From Nitrosococcus oceani ATCC 19707 (lineage in GTDB: Bacteria; Pseudomonadota; Gammaproteobacteria; Nitrosococcales; Nitrosococcaceae), in the NCBI RefSeq assembly GCF_000012805.1, contig NC_007484.1:2490001-2522000 (forward strand): a DNA stretch of 32,000 nt, in the 5' to 3' direction. Under the pieces are notes generated by a model. The model had not been told where the DNA came from and made no database searches. It saw nothing but the letters and a program-made list of their open reading frames with translations. Below, piece after piece: positions 25,685-32,000 of the stretch (the stretch's first letter is position 1; the number at the start of each line of letters is the position of its first letter). A program made the translations under genes and the position numbers.

Positions 25685-28600
25685 TCAATCCCCATCCCGC
25701 CCCTGACAAGCCGCCTCATAGATGCGCCAGGAGCTCAGGTCCCTTAACTCAGATGGCGAAAAAGAGGCGAAAGAACGCCGGTAAGCTTCAGCAATCAGAA
25801 GGCTTGAAGAACACGATTGATCCGCCTGCTGGCGATTGGCCTGTTCCACACACTCCTGAATTAGCAGCAGGGATTCCGCCGCTTCCGGATAAACCAAAGC
25901 CATTACCTGGTCCAAAATCTTATCCATATCTTGCCAATCCTCCATGATCCAGCCAGCCCCGATATCCGCCACCCGTTCTTCCAGCGCCCCAATAGGAGGC
26001 ACCAACACCGGCCGGCCAGCCGCCCAAGCCTCCGAAAGCGTATAAGAAAAAGTTTCCGGACCCGCCGAAGGAAAGACCACCAAAGAGATAGCGTAATGAT
26101 CCAGCAGGGCTGGCAGATCCGCCTGCCTATAAGGGCCATGGAGCGTTACTATCTGATCCTCGCTCTGGTAAGGCACAGGGGGATCTCCCTGCCGATCCGT
26201 GTAGCCAATGACCACCCAGCGCAAGGGCAATTGCCGCTCCCGGGTTCTTTCCACTAACTGTTCCAACTGTCTAGCACCTTTCACCGGCCCGATAGCCCCT
26301 AGCACCCCGATCGACTTGATACTATCTTGCGGAAGCAAGAAGCCACGGATATTCCCTCCCCTTTGCCCAAATAACGGGGGCTGCTGAAAATTAGGGATTA
26401 AAGTTACCGGAACCCCAGGAAAATACTTGTTAAAGGTGCGCCGGGCCCAGGCTGAAGGGGCAAGGACGAAAGCGGCCTTGGCTAAAAAATCCCCATGCCG
26501 CCGCCGCCATTTCCCAATATCAATATGGGCAAAGGAGAGCTGGTCATCAAGACATTGTTGGCACTGGTCAGTGTTGGTTACGGCATGACAGTAACGCGCC
26601 TTGCCATCCAAAAGGTTTACCGTTGGGCAGGCCAGTAAAAAATCATGGATGCTGACCCCATAGGGAATCCGCACCCCGGCAAAAGCTTCTAGCAAGCCAT
26701 CGCGGCAATCGGCAATTTGATGAATATGGCACAGTCTAACGTCTAACCAAGCACAAATCCCTTCCAGAAAGGCAGGCCAAGTTTCATTATCCTGGCGCTG
26801 GAAACGATAGCTTTGATTCTCCTCCCCAGGAGAAAGCTCTTGCAGGGTCCATTCCCGCTCTAGGGCAATCAACCCATAATGTCGGAATTCACCGGCAAGG
26901 CGGGCCGTTAAATTCTCGATATAAGTGCCTATCCCTCCACCCCGACCCTGGGAGACGGCGGGTCCGCCATGGCCATGCATCACATGCAAGATGGCGGGCT
27001 TTCTTGAAGGAACGGCCTTTTCTAACTGGCCTTGAATTAATTGCCGAAGGGGTTTAAGGGGATCTTGTTTTATAAAGCGATCGACCTGCTCCAGGTAAGT
27101 GGGGTGTTTATTGAGTAGCACCGCCATTTGCTTTTCCCCAATGGCGCTTTTTTCCTGGCCAAAGGAGCAGCCTCCCACATGGGCTACATAGGCATCGCTA
27201 CAGAGCACATTCCGGAAACCGGCTTGCGCTGCCCGCAGGCATAAGTCATTTTCTTCTCCGTACCCTCGACCAAAGGCATCTTCATCGAATAAACCCACCT
27301 GATGGATAAGCGCCCGGCGGATATAGAGGCAAAAGCCAACTCCGGTGGGAATATCCGGATAGATGGCGAGATCCAGATGATCCAGCGCCTGGTTGAGCAA
27401 TTCCGGATCGTCGGGCAAAGGATTTTCCCGGCAGAATTCCGGGAAAGAACAAATCTCCCCATTATTGGTAAAAGGAGTAATGGTACCTATTTTTGGGTCC
27501 GAGGCGGCGCAACGTTTAAGTTTTTCCAACCAATTCCTAGTTACTAAGGTATCGGAATTCAACAGCACCACATCGTTAGCGCCGAGTGACATTCCCCGGT
27601 TGGCGGTAGCTACAAACCCCTGGTTATATTCGTTACGCAGCAGCAGAATATCTTCATCCCCCGCCGCCTCAAGCTCCTCAAATAGAGTCTGAATACGGCT
27701 GTCCGTTGAGGCATCGTCGATAAGCACCAGCCGGTAAGGCTCCTGAGTACAGAGGCGCAGGCGCTCTAAGCAGTCCCGTAGATACTCATAGGCATTATAA
27801 ACGGGAATGATGATATCAATGCACGGGGAGTGAGCTGTTCTAGCCTCGAACCGTTTTAGATGCCAGCGCTTCAAGGGCCGGAAAGGACGCCGCATCCAAC
27901 CGCGCCAACTCTCCTGATGGGCCAGCCGGGCTTTTAAATAATTGGCTAGGGCATTGGATTCCGCTAGCTGCTGTTCATGGGCGGTTAGCTCCCGCTGCTG
28001 CTCCGCCAGTTTTTCATGCAGCCCTTGTAAATCCTGATGGCTGGCTTCCAACAACCGCTCTTTTTCTTCCAATTGGCGTCCGCGATGAACCAGGAGGCGA
28101 TCTTTTTCCCGCAGTAATTCCTCCTGCGCTTGTAGCTCCCGATCCTTTTGCTCCAGGCGTTGCGTTAGCGCCATGAAATCAGCGGACAAGGGCCATGAAA
28201 TTTGCAACTCTAACCCTCCACCTGCTTGCAGAGAGGCCAATACAGATTCTTCAAGAGACAATTCAAAAGAGGGGTCCTTACCCATTAAAACCGCATTGAC
28301 GCCCAAAGGGGCGCTCCAGCTATGGGAAAATTCCATCTGATAGGTGTTAACCGCCGGCAAATGGGCAATATCCCCTGGCCATCGCCAAATATTCTGCCTC
28401 TCCTTATCGTAGAGGGCAATTTGGTGGATTTGCATGAACCCTGGGCGCTCGGCGGGAGCAATCCGTATCCCTGTGGGGATTTCGGGCAGGGGAGGAATAG
28501 AAAACCGAATCCTCTGGTGCTCCTTACCGATGCAACCCAGGACATAGCTACTATTTTCTTCCTGATATCCAGCCGTTCCCAAGCGCCAATAAAGTCGGCA

Positions 28601-29455
28601 AGCAAAGTGAAATTCAGGCACCACGGGGTCTGCTGCCAGCTTTTTTGCAGCCTGGGCGCCTGGCCTGGCTTCCACGATAAATTGATAGGTTAAAGCATCG
28701 GGATAGGCTTGCAATAAACGGTAAATAGCAGGCGGTAATGTCTCCACATAGTAGCCTCGAAATTCGCTCGCCCTGATATCACAGGGTATCCCCTCTACCG
28801 AAAGGGGAACTAAGCCATGGCAGTTCAAAAATTCCAGTAAAGACTTACGGGTAAAAAACCGCAAATGAGTCGAATCCAGCAAGCCCTCTGGACGATAGCG
28901 AAACTCCCCCGCCAGCAGCTCGGCAATCACTCCCGCATGGGCGATATTGGGAATAGACAACAAAACCCGGCCCTGGGGCTTTAACAAGGCGGGCAGTTGG
29001 GAAGCCACGGCGCCAGGATTTTTCAGATGCTCAAGAACATCGGCGCAGACAATATAATCATAGCGGTGATGCGTATCTTTCTTAGGGTCCGTGCTGCTAG
29101 TATCTATTGAATATTCTGTCTCGCTTCCCGCCCCCTGGTCCGGAAAAAGCGCCGCTAGCTGCGCTGTCTCCAAATCGGCTATCCGTAAATACCGATAAAA
29201 GGGTTTTGCAAGTCGAGCCTGGTCTCCACTCATTTCCACGCCATCCACAACACAGCCCAGAGCTGTGGATAAATATTTCCCCAAAACTCCAGGCCCTGTA
29301 CCCAAATCCAATACCTGGGTATGGGGTCGGATAAGACGGGCAATTTTAGCCAGGGAATCCGCCCCCTGGGGATCAAATTCCCGAATATATAAATGCTCTT
29401 TTAAGGGCAGAGAGGAAACCGGTGTTGACTTGCCGGATGGGGCGCTACTGTTCAT
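25685..29455 (-). CDS. 1256-aa multidomain enzyme: class I SAM methyltransferase, beta-rich domain, coiled coil, GT2 domain and GT4 (GT-B) domain
   Basis: The MTase motif I is VLDLGTGPGVLGKYL, with CADVLEHL further on. The coiled coil is QKDRELQAQEELLREKDRLLVHRGRQLEEKERLLEASHQDLQGLHEKLAEQQRELTAHEQQLAES. The GT2 motifs are IDIIIPVYNAYEYLRDCLERL and LVLIDDASTDS. The GT4 motifs are ILHVMHGHGG and ETFSYTLSEAWAAGRPVLVPPIGALEERV. Confidence 0.85.
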   Translation of the reverse strand: MNSSAPSGKSTPVSSLPLKEHLYIREFDPQGADSLAKIARLIRPHTQVLDLGTGPGVLGKYLSTALGCVVDGVEMSGDQARLAKPFYRYLRIADLETAQLAALFPDQGAGSETEYSIDTSSTDPKKDTHHRYDYIVCADVLEHLKNPGAVASQLPALLKPQGRVLLSIPNIAHAGVIAELLAGEFRYRPEGLLDSTHLRFFTRKSLLEFLNCHGLVPLSVEGIPCDIRASEFRGYYVETLPPAIYRLLQAYPDALTYQFIVEARPGAQAAKKLAADPVVPEFHFACRLYWRLGTAGYQEENSSYVLGCIGKEHQRIRFSIPPLPEIPTGIRIAPAERPGFMQIHQIALYDKERQNIWRWPGDIAHLPAVNTYQMEFSHSWSAPLGVNAVLMGKDPSFELSLEESVLASLQAGGGLELQISWPLSADFMALTQRLEQKDRELQAQEELLREKDRLLVHRGRQLEEKERLLEASHQDLQGLHEKLAEQQRELTAHEQQLAESNALANYLKARLAHQESWRGWMRRPFRPLKRWHLKRFEARTAHSPCIDIIIPVYNAYEYLRDCLERLRLCTQEPYRLVLIDDASTDSRIQTLFEELEAAGDEDILLLRNEYNQGFVATANRGMSLGANDVVLLNSDTLVTRNWLEKLKRCAASDPKIGTITPFTNNGEICSFPEFCRENPLPDDPELLNQALDHLDLAIYPDIPTGVGFCLYIRRALIHQVGLFDEDAFGRGYGEENDLCLRAAQAGFRNVLCSDAYVAHVGGCSFGQEKSAIGEKQMAVLLNKHPTYLEQVDRFIKQDPLKPLRQLIQGQLEKAVPSRKPAILHVMHGHGGPAVSQGRGGGIGTYIENLTARLAGEFRHYGLIALEREWTLQELSPGEENQSYRFQRQDNETWPAFLEGICAWLDVRLCHIHQIADCRDGLLEAFAGVRIPYGVSIHDFLLACPTVNLLDGKARYCHAVTNTDQCQQCLDDQLSFAHIDIGKWRRRHGDFLAKAAFVLAPSAWARRTFNKYFPGVPVTLIPNFQQPPLFGQRGGNIRGFLLPQDSIKSIGVLGAIGPVKGARQLEQLVERTRERQLPLRWVVIGYTDRQGDPPVPYQSEDQIVTLHGPYRQADLPALLDHYAISLVVFPSAGPETFSYTLSEAWAAGRPVLVPPIGALEERVADIGAGWIMEDWQDMDKILDQVMALVYPEAAESLLLIQECVEQANRQQADQSCSSSLLIAEAYRRSFASFSPSELRDLSSWRIYEAACQGRDGD

Positions 29456-29536
29456 TATTTAAAGAAAAAAAGAAAATTTAAACAGCAATAGCTGCTACTG
29501 TCACAGAAATATTTTTTCAAGGAACTCATGGTATAC

Positions 29537-30133
29537 CTATCGCCTGCGCCTAAAAAAACGCCATCCCTTGCTAGCGCCATAGCCGCGCCGGTAGCGCTTG
29601 ATCCGTGCGGGATTACCGACGGCAACGGCATGGGGAGGAACATTTTTGGTCACCACGCTGCCGGCGCCCACCACACCTCCCTCCCCAATGGTAACGCCTT
29701 GCAAGAGGGTGCTGCCTGCCCCGATCCAGGCACCTTTGCCAATATGAATGGGTTTGTGGGTAATGGGGTTGCGGGCAATGGAAGAGTCCCCCCCATGGAT
29801 TTGATGGCCCGCGGATAAAATCCGCACATGGGGGCCCACCAACACCTCATCCTCAATGATGAGGCCCCCTTCGCCAGAAAGGTAGCTCCCCACATTGATA
29901 ATGACCCGGTTACCCATGATCAATGTAGTTTCCGGCGATAATCCTAAATCACCTAACACCAAGCGGACATAATCGAATAAAACCACTTCATCCCCAAGAA
30001 GAATTCCTCTTTCCGGGCACGGGCGCCCTATTCGCATAACACTGACAGTGGGGCTAATCCGGCAATTTTTGCCTAGTTTGTCCACCCCAGAGTAATGCTC
30101 GGCAAAAGGAGGAAAGCCCTGTAACTCGCTCAT
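29537..30133 (-). CDS. Hexapeptide-repeat (left-handed beta-helix) acetyltransferase
   Basis: The repeat region is IGKGAWIGAGSTLLQGVTIGEGGVVGAGSVVTKNVPPHAVAVGNPARI, typical of the LbH O-acetyltransferase family. A 20-aa basic tail ends in WRFFRRRR. Confidence 0.85.
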   Translation of the reverse strand: MSELQGFPPFAEHYSGVDKLGKNCRISPTVSVMRIGRPCPERGILLGDEVVLFDYVRLVLGDLGLSPETTLIMGNRVIINVGSYLSGEGGLIIEDEVLVGPHVRILSAGHQIHGGDSSIARNPITHKPIHIGKGAWIGAGSTLLQGVTIGEGGVVGAGSVVTKNVPPHAVAVGNPARIKRYRRGYGASKGWRFFRRRR

Positions 30134-30140
30134 CCCTACC

Positions 30141-31046
30141 CTAACCTTCCTTGGCAGGGGTACATTTAAAAAATTCTTCTACCAGCCACCAAAAATGCCA
30201 AGCCGGAGGATCTTGCGAAATTGCCTCGGAAAAACAGTCAGCCAGGGCTTCCGCGAGCCGGTGGGGATCATGGGCAGGCAGGGGCTCTGTAATGTGCAAA
30301 CACCGCCGGCCAGTCTCCGGGTCCAGGGCAACCGTAAAAGCCACTACCGGGATACGCTCCCTTACCGCTAGCCCTATCAACCCGCTGGGCCACCAAGCCC
30401 GGCGCTGGAAAAGGGTAACGGGCAAACATGTCCCCACTTCGCGAGGAGGAACATCAATCAGCGCCGCCACAGCTTTACCCTGGCGGAGAACTTCCAAAAG
30501 GCGGGGCACGCTGCCCCCTTTATAAATCACTTTGGTTAATCCCGCCCTTTCCACTTCCCTCGTCCGCAAGCGGGAATAATAATAAGCTACCCGCCGTTTG
30601 GCAAAACTGCTTTTATCAAAACGAGTGGATAAAAAGGCCGTAGCCATCCCTTGACTGCGCAGATGACGCAGAGACCATAATCCCACTCCCCAATGGAAAG
30701 TAATAGCCAAGAAGGAGGGATGCTTAGGCCAATTCGCTCCGGTAAGGTCCAGATATTTTCTCAACCAGCGATCCGAGCGAAAACGGGAGAGATAGAGATC
30801 CCCATGATCCACCAACTGGGTTAACCGGTAAGCTGCGCACCAACGGGTGGGATCACCTATAGGGATGACTTTCTGGGCCGCCGCCAAGGACTGCTCCGTC
30901 AATTCCCTATACAACCATGATTGCCGGCTACAGTAACGGTAGAAGCGGAAACACCAAGGCCAAGGAAGAAAAATAGCGGTCCCTGGCAATAATACCAGTT
31001 CAACCAAATCCTTGAATTCTCGCCGTAGCTTACTCAATAATCCCAC
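30141..31046 (-). CDS. Putative acyltransferase of the LpxL/HtrB (lipid A biosynthesis acyltransferase-like) family
   Basis: The pattern resemblance is FLAITFHWGVGLWSL (compare HxGNWE), LRQGKAVAALIDVPP (compare the LK.G..v..l.DQ block), IPVVAF, and C-terminal DPPAWHFWW (compare PEQYxW). The start is a GTG with no clear SD. The family assignment is tentative. Confidence 0.45.
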   Translation of the reverse strand: MGLLSKLRREFKDLVELVLLPGTAIFLPWPWCFRFYRYCSRQSWLYRELTEQSLAAAQKVIPIGDPTRWCAAYRLTQLVDHGDLYLSRFRSDRWLRKYLDLTGANWPKHPSFLAITFHWGVGLWSLRHLRSQGMATAFLSTRFDKSSFAKRRVAYYYSRLRTREVERAGLTKVIYKGGSVPRLLEVLRQGKAVAALIDVPPREVGTCLPVTLFQRRAWWPSGLIGLAVRERIPVVAFTVALDPETGRRCLHITEPLPAHDPHRLAEALADCFSEAISQDPPAWHFWWLVEEFFKCTPAKEG

Positions 31047-31055
31047 AGCGTGTTT

Positions 31056-32000
31056 CTAGGGTAGATTTTCTTGCCACTCATGGGCTAGATGGCACACCCC
31101 CAGCTCACGAGTCCGGCCCACCACCTGAAACTCCCTTTCCACCACATCGAACAACCGCATTCCCTCAGGGTCCATGGCATGAGCGCAAAGTTTGTACCTA
31201 CCAGGCAAAAGCGCCAGCCGGGGAAAAGTCAGCGCAAAACGAAAACGGGTGGGCTGTTGGCGTTTCAGCACAACCCCATCCACATCGGAGGTAAAGCCAT
31301 AAATTTCGGCGCCATTGATTCGCATAATCCCCACCGCCACAGTCGGTGTCCTATCATCGGGGGAATAGACTTCACCTCTGACTTTAAGCTCCTCCCCCAT
31401 GGGAATCACCGCCAGCCCTCCCTCTTTTTCCCCTTGTAACCATAGATCCTTTACCTGGTAAGCCGCAGCGGATAAAGCGGTCTGGGGGCGGACTTCCTGG
31501 CGGGACTTCTCCTCATGATAAGCCAGATATTCTTGGGTCACCTGAAACGCTTCGCCATAGGACACCATACGTCCTTCTTTTATCCAGCACGCTTTCTGGC
31601 AAAGCTTCTGAACATGGAACATGCTATGGGAGCACAGCAGCAAGGTTCCGCCATTGCCAAGGTAGTCTTCCATCCAGTGGGTGCATTTTTTCTGAAACGA
31701 TTCATCACCCACCGCCAGGACTTCATCAGTAATGAGCAAATCAGGTCGTGACGCGGTAATCAAGGCAAACCCAAGCCGTACCACCATGCCGGAGGAGTAG
31801 TGTTTAATAGGCTCGTCAATGTAAGCACCAATATCCGCAAACTCGATAATTCCAGCTAGCTTATCCTGCAGTTCGGCATCGCCCATACCCATCAAGGCAC
31901 CGGAAAGCTGTAAATTTTCCCGCCCCGTGTACTCGGGATGAAAGCCTGCGCCCAATTCCAGCAAAGCACCAATCCGGCCAGTCACTCGCACCTTACCAGA
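31056..32000 (-). CDS. wzt: Polysaccharide ABC-transporter ATP-binding protein Wzt with C-terminal glycan-binding domain. 5' end, including Walker A, lies outside the window.
   Basis: The frame stays open to the window edge (...SGKVRVTGRIGALLELGAGFHPEYTGRENL). The ABC signature is YSSGMVVRLGFA and Walker B is LLITDEVLAVGD. The H-loop is CSHS. About 140 extra C-terminal residues (QVKDLWLQGEKEGG...RYKLCAHAMDPEG...) resemble the Wzt C-terminal carbohydrate-binding domain. Confidence 0.85.
   Translation of the reverse strand, partial: SGKVRVTGRIGALLELGAGFHPEYTGRENLQLSGALMGMGDAELQDKLAGIIEFADIGAYIDEPIKHYSSGMVVRLGFALITASRPDLLITDEVLAVGDESFQKKCTHWMEDYLGNGGTLLLCSHSMFHVQKLCQKACWIKEGRMVSYGEAFQVTQEYLAYHEEKSRQEVRPQTALSAAAYQVKDLWLQGEKEGGLAVIPMGEELKVRGEVYSPDDRTPTVAVGIMRINGAEIYGFTSDVDGVVLKRQQPTRFRFALTFPRLALLPGRYKLCAHAMDPEGMRLFDVVEREFQVVGRTRELGVCHLAHEWQENLP

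Noticed and set aside
29456-29536. An AT-rich 81-nt gap upstream of the 1256-aa gene, considered for an internal promoter (TTGAAA-N17-TAGCAG) or a hairpin (agca-atagc-tgct).
   Set aside because: The -10 candidate is poor and the stem is only 4 bp. Nothing here rises above what an AT-rich spacer produces by chance.
1-32000. Mobile elements, CRISPR arrays, tRNA or rRNA genes, and long DNA-level repeats between the two GT4 paralogues.
   Set aside because: I found no transposase or integrase-like ORFs, no regularly spaced direct repeats, and no intergenic gap longer than 224 nt, with no tRNA-like sequence in any of them. The GT4 paralogues are similar only at the protein level. The sole DNA-level repeat I found is the 126-nt tandem at 23400-23720.

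Overview
The window is about 50% GC, looks proteobacterial, and is almost entirely coded on the minus strand. All family calls rest on motif recognition by eye; no searches were run.

Block 1 (1-10149) is a textbook polar-flagellum export and switch operon: fliL-fliM-fliN-fliO-fliP-fliQ-fliR-flhB-flhA-flhF-flhG-fliA. fliA is cut by the window edge. The genes are tightly coupled through ATGA, TAATG and similar overlaps. This block looks ordinary.

Block 2 (10374-32000) is a glycan biosynthesis cluster of the ABC-transporter-dependent type (O-antigen-like or S-layer-glycan-like). It contains:
- a partial wzt with a C-terminal glycan-binding domain
- an LpxL-like acyltransferase
- a hexapeptide acetyltransferase
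- a 1256-aa fused methyltransferase / coiled coil / GT2 / GT4 enzyme
- rhamnosyltransferase-like GT2s
- a WsaF-like GT
- a stand-alone methyltransferase
- a frameshifted HAD-family gene
- a divergently oriented GT4 / coiled-coil protein, the only plus-strand gene
- a GT2
- an SDR epimerase

Between these sit two genes that do not belong to the usual glycan toolkit:
- A 624-aa orphan protein (15183-17057) has an N-terminus resembling a PqqD/RRE peptide-binding domain, a GT-A catalytic core and a large unassigned C-terminal half.
- An 826-aa secreted subtilase (12671-15151) follows 31 nt downstream and carries a duplicated, unnamed WWN-x-x-x-GHGFF C-terminal domain.

This pair, together with the coiled-coil glycosyltransferases around it, is my best candidate for something undescribed. 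A role in protein or peptide glycosylation and processing is hypothesis only.

I saw no tRNA or rRNA genes, CRISPR arrays, IS elements or integrases.
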